From Octopus sinensis (taxonomy: Eukaryota), in contig NC_043010.1 in NCBI RefSeq assembly GCF_006345805.1, positions 34,906,001 to 34,970,000 of the forward strand: 64,000 nucleotides of DNA. Direction: 5' to 3'. Positions 11,256 to 21,950 of the stretch are shown here, in pieces (within the stretch, counting starts at the first letter, position 1; each line of letters begins with the position of its first letter). The notes below the pieces were generated by a model. The model saw only the letters and a list, made by a program, of their open reading frames with translations, had not been told where the DNA came from and did not search any database. Made by a program: the position numbers and the translations under genes.

Positions 11256-11489
11256 CTGAGCAAATTCTTGCGAATGCTTCTGGTAGACAGAAACTGAAAG
11301 AAAGCCCATGTGTACGTATACATACATGCACACACACATACATACTCACATATATATATACACACAGACATACATACACATACATACATGTGTGCGTGTG
11401 TGTGTGAGGGGGTTACACATACACACAGACATATTATACACACACATACATACATGTGTGTGTGTGTGTTACTGTTTCCTTGCTTTGCA

Positions 11490-11800
11490 TGATAATTCTA
11501 AACAAGTGTCATTGTCAGGCAAGTAATCTTCTTCATTTCCAGTCTTCAATAAAAACGTGTCTTGTCATGGGGAAATATTACCTTATTTGCAATCAGGTGA
11601 GGGTTTGCAACAGGAAGGGCATCTGGCCATAGAAAATTGATAAATCTGCCTTAATATGTGACCATATAAAAGTGAACATAAAAAAGAACAAAAAAAAAAG
11701 AACAAAAAAAAAAGAAGAATTATGATGATTGCTGAATACTCTGTCTTCGATTTCACTTCTTCCATATTTCAAAAAATGTGACAACAACATTTTCAGTGAA
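11490..11800 (+). mobile_element. Retroposon fragment carrying the GGAAGGGCATC RTE-like tail motif
   Basis: GGGGAAATATTACCTTATTTGCAATCAGGTGAGGGTTTGCAACAGGAAGGGCATCTGGCCATAGAAAAT; family not resolved. Confidence 0.45.
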
Positions 11801-11934
11801 AGGGGTCAACTGTCTCAATGAAAGAAAAATATAAGAACTTGGGAATTGAAACTGCACTGCATAGACAGGCTCTCTTGGATTTTAATATTATTATATATTA
11901 TAGCTACTATAAACTTACTAAATATTCTTTTCTA

Positions 11935-12050
11935 TTCTAGACACAAGGCCCAACATTTTTGGGGAAGGGGTCAGTCAATTAGATTAACCCCAGTACACAA
12001 CTGGTATTTAATTTATGAACCCTGAAAGGATGAAAGGCAAAGCTGACCTT
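11935..12050 (-). mobile_element. SINE family B fragment
   Basis: AACCCCAGTACACAACTGGTATTTAATTTATGAACCCTGAAAGGATGAAAGGCAAAGCTGACC. Confidence 0.7.
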
Positions 12051-12214
12051 AAAACTTACTTTATATTACAATGTAAATAGATTTCATAAAACACTAAGTT
12101 TACTTTATCATAATGTTTGATCTTCTTCTGTTTCAGAAACTTGTATCTTGATGAAATGTGTGTCAATAATACAATAATATACCATGCAAGACAGCAAATA
12201 AAGACACTATATAG

Positions 12215-12415
12215 TCACACAAACTTCTAGAAATAGCAGCCTATTTTCCCTTTAATTACAATGTGTCTGTCTTTTAAAACTAAGGACACACTGGAATAAT
12301 GAACTTCCTGACATAAAAAAAAAGACAAGATGATCAGGAATGGAATGTTCTTGATCATAGGTATAATCGAGCAGAGCCACCTGGGAGCCAAACAGCAACA
12401 ACAACAACAACAACT
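12215..12415 (+). repeat. Dispersed repeat family E with (AAC)n tail; further copies near 14770-14930 (+), 15110-15255 (-), 26500-26660 (+), 33225-33425 (+), 58800-59010 (-), 60500-60680 (-)
   Basis: CTAGAAATAGCAGC...GATGATCAGGAATGGAATGTTCTTGATCATAGG...CCACCTGGGAGCCAAACAGCAACAACAAC recurs, diverged, across the window; probably a SINE or LINE 3' end. Confidence 0.55.
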
Positions 12416-12904
12416 GTGCAAGAAGTGATAATTCTATCAACAAGAATTTTAAAAAAACACCTTAAGTTACCAATAATCCACAGCTCTGCCTTGTCACTAA
12501 TTCAATCCTATCAAAATAAACCAGTAACAAAAAAAAACCCCTCAAAAAAACAATTATATTATTCAAGACTCTGCCAAGATGTTTTTGTGCATTCTCATAT
12601 AACAGCAATCTGATTTTGGAACAAACAACCCTTTGGGTGTTTTTTTAAGGAATCCCCTATAGTATACATATTCTGAAGTTGCACTAACTCTGCTGAGTTA
12701 TTCTCACTGAAAAAATATCTCCACAATCTTAACTACTGTGTTATGTTTACTTTCATATTTTTCAAAACATGTATTTTTCTCACTTTCATTTGCTTTTCGT
12801 TTTTTTTTCCTTCATATTGCTATGGATGTTATCAAGACAATGATGATGATTATATTCATTATCATCATCGTCGTCATCAATAATAACAATAATGATAATC
12901 TTTG

Positions 12905-13030
12905 ATTTAGGCACAATGCCAGGAATTTTTAGGGAGTGAGCGTTAATCGACACCATCAACACCGGTACTTGAATGATGCTTTATTTTACTGACCCTGAAA
13001 GGATGAAAGGTAAAGTCAACCTTACTGTAA
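12905..13030 (-). mobile_element. SINE family B fragment
   Basis: GGCACAATGCCAGGAATTTT...TTATTTTACTGACCCTGAAAGGATGAAAGGTAAAGTCAACC. Confidence 0.7.
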
Positions 13031-13078
13031 TTTGATCTCAAAGTACTGCTGTGCATGTTTTCCATTAAAATTCTTTGC

Positions 13079-13230
13079 TAACCTTAAACATCCTTGTTAA
13101 ATCTGAACATCCATGTTAACCCAATACGACCTTGTTAACCCTAAATACTCACATGCATATCTTTCAGGGAACCTTCTTGTTCACCTTGAACATTTACATT
13201 AACCTCAAACAATCCTTATTAACCTTCAAT
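13079..13230. repeat. Degenerate 19-bp minisatellite, consensus approximately TAACCTTAAACATCCTTGT
   Basis: Units start at 13079, 13098, 13117, 13136, 13181 and 13200. Confidence 0.65.
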
Positions 13231-13335
13231 AATAAGATGTACTAAATTCTTGTTAATTGACTCGAACCCCCTCCTCAAAAGTACTGGCCTTGTGCCATAA
13301 TTAGTAAGAAGTACTATTATGATTATGATGATGAT

Positions 13336-13730
13336 TCTTTTATTCGTTTACTCATCTTTACTTGTTCCAGTCATTAGACTGCGGCCATGCTGGGGCAACA
13401 ACTTGAAAAATTTTAGTTGACTGAATCAATCCAAGTGCTTATTTTTAAGCCTTGTACTATTTTAGTTTTGCCAAACTACTAAATTAAGGGAACATAAACC
13501 CCAACACCAGTTGTCAAGCAGTTATGAGGGACAAACCTAGACACACACACACACACAAAGACAGACATATACAATGGGCTTCTTTCAGTTTCCATCTATC
13601 AACTCCACTCACAAGGTTTTGATCAACCGAAGACTATAGTACAAGACACTTGCCCAAGATGCCACACACTAAGACTGAACCCAGAACTACATGGATAGGA
13701 AGCAAACTTCTTACCACCAAGCCACACCTG
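13336..13730 (-). mobile_element. SINE family A, diverged full length
   Basis: CAGTCATTAGACTGCGGCCATGCTGGGGC ... GGGCTTCTTTCAGTTTCC ... GACACTTGCCCAAGATGCCAC ... AGCCACACC. Confidence 0.75.
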
Positions 13731-14288
13731 ATGATTTTATTTTTTATTTGCATCAGGATGAAGGGGTTTATAACTTTGCACATTCTATGAAGTATAACAT
13801 GACTGGTGGTTATTTTATTTACTCTGGCAGAGGAAAAGTCAAGTCATTCATATACAGAGACAAAGAGAGACAATGAAATATTGTAAAACATTTAATCTGG
13901 TGGGCTACTGTTTCTACCACTCTATGAAATAATATCTGACCCAACAAAACTAGGGTGGAATCTCTGACTTGTAGAGGGGAGCACATTATATAGCTTGTTG
14001 ACTGACCATATCAACCAAATCTTTCTTAGTCACATTCATCATCATTGTGTTAACATCCACTTTTCCATGCTTTCATGCTTTGGATGAAGTTTAGTGAGGC
14101 AAATTTTCTTACTGTTGCCAAATCTTACTTGTTTCTCAACAAGGTAATATTTCCACATGGACAGACATGTTTTCACAAATTATTGGAAATGAATAACATT
14201 CATTTACTACATTACATGATATCAAGACTAGGAGACAAACGCATATACACACACACACATATTCACTCACTCTCACTCACACATACAC

Positions 14289-14420
14289 CATCATCATCAT
14301 CGTCATCATCATTTGGCATCCATTTTCCATGCTGGTATAGGTTAGACAGTTTGATTGGAACTGGTAAGCTGGAGCGCTGCACCAGGCTTTAGTCTGTTTT
14401 GGTTTAGTTTCAACAGCTGT
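14289..14420 (-). mobile_element. RTE 3' tail (left arm of a head-to-head pair)
   Basis: (CAT)n, CATTTTCCATGCTGGTATAGGTTAGACAG...CTGCACCAGGCT...CAACAGCTG. Confidence 0.75.
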
Positions 14421-14439
14421 CGATGTGTGTGTGTGTGTG

Positions 14440-14631
14440 CTAGTGGAACATAAAAAGCACCCACTAAACTCTCAGAGTGGTTGGCGTTAGGGAGGGCATC
14501 AAGCTGTAGAAACAGCGACAAATCAGATTGAAACCTGGTGCAGCTCCCCAGTTTACCAGTTTTCAGTCAAACTGTCCAACCCATGCCAGCATGGAAAAAA
14601 GACATTAAATGATGATGATGATGATGATGAT
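14440..14631 (+). mobile_element. RTE 3' tail (right arm of a head-to-head pair)
   Basis: AAAAAGCACCCAC...GGTTGGCGTTAGGGAGGGCATCAAGCTGTAG...CCAACCCATGCCAGCATGG, then (GAT)n. Confidence 0.8.
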
Positions 14632-14638
14632 ATATATC

Positions 14639-14681
<43 letters not shown>

Positions 14682-15261
14682 CAATGGGCTTCTTTCACTT
14701 TTCCTCAACCAACTTTAGTAAAAAAAAATCACCTGCCCTAGGTGCCACATAGTAAGACTGAACTCAGAATGTTAGACCATTTAAAAAAAGAGGAAGGATA
14801 TTGAATAATATGATCCTATATACACTATGTCTGGGGAACCAAATAAGAAACTGGAAAATCACAGCTGGAATGATTTTCCATATTAGTCTCCCGATCAGGG
14901 GTAATCTAGGGGTTAAACAATAACAACAATTACAACTGGGCCCAAAGCACATTTGGCATAACACTTCTTCCATAAATTGAGCAGATGAAGAATATTAACA
15001 CAAGAGAACACAGGATGTATCTGAATATCTGAGACAGATGGAATCCATTTGAATACTGCAGTAGAAAAAACAACTTGGAAAGCAATGATGATGATGATTA
15101 AGACAGTGTTTGTTATATGTTATTTAGCCTAAGGTCTGCTCTGATCAAATAGTCAAGCCATAACCATCTTATACTTTTAGGGGCCTATGTAAGACTACAT
15201 TACCCAATGTGCACTTTCTTTATTTAAGATGGTATGGTATTATTTGAATGAAATTACGGTA

Positions 15262-15352
15262 ATAAGTCCTGGGGTCGATTTGCTCGACTAAAGGCAGTGC
15301 TCCAGCATGGCCACAGTCAAATGACTGAAAAGAGTAAAAGAGTAAAGGAGTA
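15262..15352 (+). mobile_element. SINE family A, 3' terminal fragment
   Basis: AATAAGTCCTGGGGTCGATTTGCTCGACTAAAGGCAGTGCTCCAGCATGGCCACAGTCAAATGACTGAAAAGAGTAAAAGAG. Confidence 0.85.
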
Positions 15353-15640
15353 TACTATTCCTAGCAGACTAAATGAGCAAGAAGAGGTTCCCTTGCAAGC
15401 TCAATTATGATTAATGATAATGGTGCTGATAATGATAATGTTGATAATGATGATGGTGATGAGTTTGATGATGAGGATTATAGTGACTGCAGATGATGAT
15501 GATGATCATGATCATCATGGCAATGTTGGAAAAGCCTTTGTTTTTCTTTTTTTTTTTCTAAAATTTTAATTACCATCTGATGATATTCTAAGTATATGAG
15601 GTTGTTAATGTCAGAAACCATATTTAACAAATGTTGGTCA

Positions 15641-15675
<35 letters not shown>

Positions 15676-15899
15676 AAATGTAAACACAAGGATGTGTAAT
15701 AAGTAAGCACCCGCTCACTCCATTCTAACACACAAACACCCCATTTTAACAAAGAGATTTGTAGCTTGGTTCTTTTCAATGAGTTTTATTATTACATTTT
15801 GAATTCGTATTGTATTTTACAATTGCATATGGCTTAGAGAGAGAAAGAGAGAGAGAGAGAGAGTGTGTGTATGTGTGTATATATGTATACATATATATA

Positions 15900-15958
<59 letters not shown>

Positions 15959-16390
15959 TATGTAGGTCAGATTTTATAAATGCAGATTTGCTTTGAATAA
16001 GTAGAATGCTGTTCAACCATAAAAAAGTGTTTGTCGCATTCCGAACACAATGGTTTCTAGGCAGTGCACCACAAAAACAATAAAAACCACATATATTTTA
16101 AAATGGGAAAAACAAATTGAAATTCTTACATATTGAAGTTTTGATAATTATAACAATTATGATTCATTTATTGAATAATTAATTAATTAAGTACTTAATT
16201 TTCTTTTATTTATATCATTTATTTTTTTATAAATACTCTGGCGCTTAGAATGAATGTATCATTTCCTTGTGTGATGTAAGAGGGTGACTAAAAGTTTTGG
16301 CATCAGAAAGGGCCTTCAAAATGTCCAGCTCAACCAATGCCAGCATGGAAAAGTCTGTATGGAAACAAAATAATGAACCAAACATATCGC

Positions 16391-16794
16391 TTTTACTTGT
16401 TTTCAGTCATTTGACTGTGGCCATGCTGGAGCACCACCTTTAATCGAGCAACTCGACCCCAGGACTTATTCTTTATAAGCCCAGTACTTATTCTATCGGT
16501 CTCTTTTTGCCGAACTGCTATGTGACGGGGACATAAACACACCAGCATCGGTTGTCAAGCGATGTTGGATGGGACAAACACAGACACAAACACACATGCA
16601 CATACACACACACACACACATACATATATATATATACATATATACGACGGGCTTCTTTCAGTTTCCGTCTACCAAATCCACTCACAAGGCTTTGGTCGGC
16701 CCGAGGCTATAGTAGAAGACACTTGCCCAAGGTGCCACGCAGTGGGACTGAACCCGGAACCATGTGGTTGGTAAACAAGCTACTTACCACACAG
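16391..16794 (-). mobile_element. SINE family A, young full-length copy
   Basis: All family A blocks present with CpGs retained; internal (CA)/(TA) tract. Confidence 0.9.
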
Positions 16795-16800
16795 ACCAGA

Positions 16801-17040
16801 TGTTGTTATACATCACTGGTCATAATGTGCTTCACATTGTTTTAGCCTTTGATTCATTCCACCTCACTGGGTAGGCTAGCAGACCAACATTCCTCCTGAT
16901 TGGAAAACTATTCCATTGCAGCTGTGTGGACTGAAATGAAGTGTTTTGCTCAAGAACACAATGCACCACTCAGTCTGGGAATCGAACCCACAATCTAGCA
17001 ATCATGAGTGTAACATTCTAACCCCTAGGCCATGTGCCTT
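16801..17040 (-). mobile_element. SINE family D (tRNA head plus CORE-like domain)
   Basis: GTGTTTTGCTCAAGAACACAATGCAC...GGAATCGAACCC...AACCCCTAGGCCATGTGCCTT is the reverse complement of a box A/box B head and TTCTTGAGCAA block. Confidence 0.7.
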
Positions 17041-17367
17041 CACAAAATATATAAATACCCTACCAGAATTCATTTTTTGACTTCATGTACAATGTGTATT
17101 GAAATATTCTTATTTGATTTAAAACGCATCATCATTGAAACTGTTTAGGAACCATTGGTCTAAACAGTTCATCTCATTAGTACAGATACACATAATTATG
17201 CAGACACATAGATATTCAATACATTTATCATTTTTTTTTTCTTTTCTCAATATTTTGCTATTTTTACACTGAAAAGACTGAGTAATGGGTATAAGAAAAG
17301 TGTAGGGTGTAAGTTTCTCACCAAATGGAAGAATAAAATTCATTTGACCATACCTGAAATGAAAGGC

Positions 17368-17404
<37 letters not shown>

Positions 17405-17433
17405 TAATAATAATAACAATAATAACAATAACA

Positions 17434-17766
17434 AGATCAAAGAGAAAGAAGAAGAAAAACTGAACAATTACAACAATTTGAAGTGGAAAATATGAATGTT
17501 GAGGTCAATGAGGAGAATAGACATGATACCAATAGTAACTGGCACATTTGGAAGTATCAGCACACAACTACCAACATGGCTCAAAAAGATTGGTACAAAT
17601 GTAAGGATAGAACACCTATGAAAATCAGCATTGCTCCGAACTGCAAGAATTCTTCACAGGGTACTTAAATCATCACCAGTAAACAAGTGTCACCTTAGTC
17701 TGCTAACTGTGAACAGCTGACACTTTCCATCATACCCAGCAAAATAAGCTGAGAGTTTTCATCAAA
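17434..17766 (+). mobile_element. R4/Dong-clade non-LTR retrotransposon, 5'-truncated 3' end
   Basis: Translates to KIKEKEEEKLNNYNNLKWKI...MIPIVTGTFGSISTQLPTWLKKIG..IEHL*KSALLRTARILHRVL, the R4 restriction-like endonuclease C-terminus; flanked by (AAT)n and (TAC)n(TAA)n. Confidence 0.85.
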
Positions 17767-18690
17767 TACTACTACTACTACTACTACTACTACTATTACT
17801 ACTACTACTACTACTTATAATAATAATAATAATCAGTTTTATTAGATTTATTACAGAAATGGCAACATCCCTGTAGGCAAGCATGTAACATATGAACCAT
17901 ACCTGTCTTCTTGCCTGTTTCAGAATTAAATAATTGGTCCATCCATGCCTTGATATGCTCAATCCTTATTGAGAGAGTGCACATCCTGCCACACATCAGC
18001 CAGGGCTCTCACCAATTCCACATTCAAGGGAAGATGGAAATTTTGTTGTATCTTGGAAGAGTCGTAAGGCCAATAATAATGACACATGCACAGGTTCAAT
18101 TCCACTTCTTCATTGCTAGTCAGTTGGTTAAATATTTAACCAACTAATTAATCAATCCTTTGTTTAAGTTCTTTCATTGCTTGTGTGTAGGTTATTATTA
18201 TTGGTATTATTGGTGTAATTTATCTCCTAGGATACAACAAAATTTGTTTCAACACAAATTCACATCAAGAATCTTCCAAACCAAATACAAAAATGAAGCA
18301 TATAGAAACTCCACTCTTTTTTTGAAAAGCAAATAAATGCCATTTTCCTCTTGCCCTTTCTTAGGTAAATTCCTCAGGCAAAGAAGCACTCCTTTCTGTG
18401 ACATGATACTGCCACATTTTTTTTCTTTTTAACTAGAGCTGATTCGTGTCTATCACCTTTTTTGAGCTTGCAGAGTAATATATCAGCCAGAAATAGCAGC
18501 TGGATCTAAATTCAAATCAATGCTATCATTTTTCAAGGGGGAAAAAAAACTGCATTGTATGTTACAGTCTGAAAAAGAATGGAATGATCATAACTAAAAT
18601 GAGAACTGATATGGGGCCATAACAACAACAATGGAAAACTCATCAGCTTTATAATATAGTCACTTGCAACAGAAGTGAGTTGTTTCTGTT

Positions 18691-18910
18691 ATATGGTACT
18701 TATTTACTGCTCCTGGCTAATTGTCTGGTACCCTGTTTATGGGAACAATGGTAAGTTCAGCTATGTGATGCCTATTTACTGCACTAAACTGATTGTCTGG
18801 TACCCTGTTTCAACCATATGGCTTCTATACACACTGCTCTCAGCTGGTTGTTTGGTACCCTATTTCTGGCATGTGGTTTCTATTTACACTGCTCTCAGCT
18901 GGTTATTTTG
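18691..18910. repeat. Degenerate ~54-bp minisatellite, about 4 units, three containing GGTACC
   Basis: Repeated ATRTGG..CTAT..ACTGC.C...CT..TTGT.TGGTACCCT blocks. Confidence 0.65.
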
Positions 18911-20635
18911 ATGTTGTCATTGTTGATATTGTTGTTTAGCATCAGGTCAGTTCTGACTGAGCAGATTTATGATTAAAGGCATTCCAGCCAGGACCATGCC
19001 ACCTTTTTTTTTTATATATGCAGTAAGAATAAGGTGTGAACCAAGGAAAAATTAGTTGCTAATTTTAGAGGGGGGAGTGTCCATGCAAAGGATTTCAGGT
19101 GGTGGTGATAATGGTGAAGGTAACAATGGCATTGGTGAGCATACATCTTCCCCCTCTCCACCACCTTAATCCTAATGACAGTAATGGACCAGTGTTAATA
19201 ATAAAGCTGATGGTAATGGTGATAATGATGATATCAGTGTTGATGTTATGGCAGCAGCAGCAGCAGTAGCAGTAGTAGTAGTTGGAGGAGGAGGAGAAGG
19301 AGGTAGTGGTAGAGGGCAGTAGCAGTGGTAGTAGTTGTAGTAGTAGTAGGATGAGAAGGAGGAGGAGGAAGTGGAGGGGCAGTGGTAGTAGTAGTAGGTG
19401 GAGGAGGAGGCAGTGGAGGGGCAGTAGCAGCGGTGGTAGTAGTAGTAGGTGGAGGAGGAGGCAGTGGAGGGGCAGTAGCAGCGGTGGTAGTAGTAGTAGT
19501 AGGAGGAGGAGGTAGTGATGGAGGGGCAGTAGCAGTGGTAGTAGTAGTAGTAGTAATAGGAGGAGGAGGTAGTGGTGGAGGGGAAGTAGCAGTTGTGATG
19601 GTAGTAGTAGTAGTAGTAGGAGGAGGAGAAGGAAAGGGTGGTAGTGGTGGGGGGGGGGCGATATCACAAAACAACAACAATCTCCTCCTTCCACATGGAC
19701 TATTTGTGTACACAAACATTACAATTGAGTAACATTCCACAACGACAACCATAAACGCCACTGCCATTGCCAATATTGCAACAGCCATCACTATTCCAGC
19801 TACCACCACAGCAACGGTATGGCAAAACACCACCTTTACTATCCCTACCAGCATCATAACAAACAGAACTGGACACCATCACCATAAGCTACCAGCACCA
19901 CAACTACAAATGCCTCACCAGCATCACACTATCACAACCACCACCAGCACTAACACCACAACAATAATTGTGGTAATCTCGACCACAACAATTACAACCA
20001 CAATTATTATTTCAAACACCATCGTCACCAATAGAACCACAAACAACACAAACACCAACCACCACCACCACCACCACCACCACCACCACAGCAAACTCCA
20101 CCACCGCAAACATCAGCAGCAGCACCATAAACACCACCACCATCACTACCATTACAAACATTACTACCACAAACACCACCACAAACACTACCACCACTAC
20201 CTCAAATGCTACCACCACCACCACCACCATCACAAACATCACCACCACAAACACTACCACCACCATCACAAATATTACCACCACCCCAAACACCACATCA
20301 CACTTCTGACTCATTCTATGCAATGAACATTGAAGGAAGAGAATAACTGACACCTTACACCCACAAACAATTGCATGTTACCTCTCCACCACCACCACCA
20401 CCACCACCACCACCACCATCATTAATAAACTTCTTCATCGCCCACTACCACCACCAACACACACATGCTGTTATCTGCATGTTTCCCCACTATAACATAA
20501 CTTCCAAGTTACTTGACAATTGATGAAGAGAGATAACAAAGGATGAAAGTGACTGGAAGACACTGTGATATTTCTGGCTATGATGCTTCGGTGGCAGTGG
20601 CCGTGAAGATGGTGATGATGATGATGGTGATATTA

Positions 20636-20790
20636 GGAGGCACATGGCCTAGTGGTTAGAGCAGCGGACTTGCAGTCGAGGGATCGCGGGTTCGAATCTT
20701 AGACCGGGCGATGTGTGTGTTTATGAGCGAAACATCTAAGCTCCACACACCTCCGGCAGAAAGTAATGACGGACTCCTGCTGACTCTTTT
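20636..20790 (+). mobile_element. tRNA-derived SINE 5' part (family C)
   Basis: GGAGGCACATGGCCTAGTGGTTAGAGC (box A) ... GGGTTCGAATCTT (box B); no acceptor stem; continues into non-tRNA body sequence. Confidence 0.7.
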
Positions 20791-20793
20791 TAT

Positions 20794-21032
20794 AAGACGG
20801 CGAGCTGGCAGAAACGTTAGCACGCCAGGCGAAATGCATAGCCGTATTTCGTCTGCCGTTATGTTCTGAGTTCAAATTCCGCCGAGGTTGACTTTGCCTT
20901 TCATCCTTTCAGGGTCAATTAAATAAGTACCAGTTACACACTGGGGTCGATATAATCGACTTAATCCCTTTTTCTGTCCTTGTTTGTCCTCTCTGTGTTT
21001 AACCCCTTGTGGGTAGTAAAGAAATAGGTATT
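20794..21032 (+). mobile_element. SINE family B, young copy with a distinct 3' tail
   Basis: AAGACGGCGAGCTGGCAGAAACGTTAGC...GAGTTCAAATTCC...GACTTTGCCTTTCATCCTTTC...ATAAGTACCAG; tail TTAATCCC...GGGTAGTAAAGAAATAGGTATT. Confidence 0.85.
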
Positions 21033-21082
21033 AGTGGTAGTAGTGGTGGTATTATTTTGGTTGTTGTGTTATAGTACTTGTG

Positions 21083-21385
21083 AAGGCACGTGGCCCAATG
21101 GTTAGAGCACCGGACTCACAAACATGAGGTAGTGAGTTCAATTCTCAAACCAGGCTGGTTGTGTTGTGTTCTTGAGCAAGACACTTTATTCCACATTGTT
21201 CCAGTTCACTCAGCTGTAGAAATGAGTTGTGACGTCACTAGTGCCAAGCTGTATTGATTTCTGCCTTTCCCTTGAACAACATCGGTGGTGTGGAGAGGGG
21301 AGACTGGTATGCCTGGCCAACTGCTGGTCTTCCATAAAAAAACCTTGCCTGGACTGGAGGAACCTTCTAGGTGCAACTTCATGAC
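21083..21385 (+). mobile_element. SINE family D (tRNA head plus CORE-like domain)
   Basis: GGCACGTGGCCCAATGGTTAGAGC...GAGTTCAATTC; GTGTTCTTGAGCAAGACACTTTATTCCACATTGTTCCAGTTCACTCAGCTGTAGAAATGAG. Confidence 0.75.
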
Positions 21386-21661
21386 TGAAGGAAGCCTGTA
21401 CACTTTAGTACTTGTACTGATGGTGATAGTGGTGGTTGTGGTGATGATGGTTCTAATAGTGGTTGTTGTATTGGCAGTGACAGCTCTAGTTGTGGTGGTT
21501 GTTGTGGTAATGGTTGTAGTTGCAATGGTGATAACAGTTGGTTTTGATGGTGATGGCATTATAGTACCAGCGAGGATCATTTTGACAGCGGTAGTTGTGT
21601 TGGTGGTGGTGCTTGGTGTTACATTGGCTCTGATGGTTGTAGTAGTGATGGTGGTTGTCTG

Positions 21662-21690
<29 letters not shown>

Positions 21691-21693
<3 letters not shown>

Positions 21694-21950
21694 CTTGACA
21701 GTGATTGCATTAGTGGTGGTTACTGTATTTACTGAGATAGTCGCAATGATGGTAGTCATTGCACTGACAGCAATAGCTGAAGTGGTTGTATTGGTGGTAG
21801 GGGGTGGTGGTGGTGGTGGTGGTCTTGACAGTGATTGCATTAGTGGTGGTTACTGTATTTACTGAGATAGTCGCAATGATGGTAGTCATTGCACTGACAG
21901 CAATAGCTGAAGTGGTTGTATTGGTGGTAGGGGGTGGTGGTGGTGGTGGT
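21691..21950. repeat. Exact 130-bp tandem duplication bounded by (GGT)n
   Basis: GGTCTTGACAGTGATTGC... begins at 21691 and again at 21821; no differences seen. Confidence 0.9.

Noticed and set aside
20636-20710. tRNA gene
   Set aside because: Box A and box B are present, but there is no acceptor stem, the anticodon arm is imperfect and the sequence runs into SINE body; the head-like stretch at 48715-48790 is even more degenerate.
19095-21865. Long His-, Thr/Pro-, Val- and Leu-rich ORFs (for example 19910-20326, 19246-19857) as histidine-rich or mucin-like proteins
   Set aside because: They are read-throughs of trinucleotide repeats, open in several frames on both strands, with no splice or start context; similar cases at 27900-28237 and 58099-58413.
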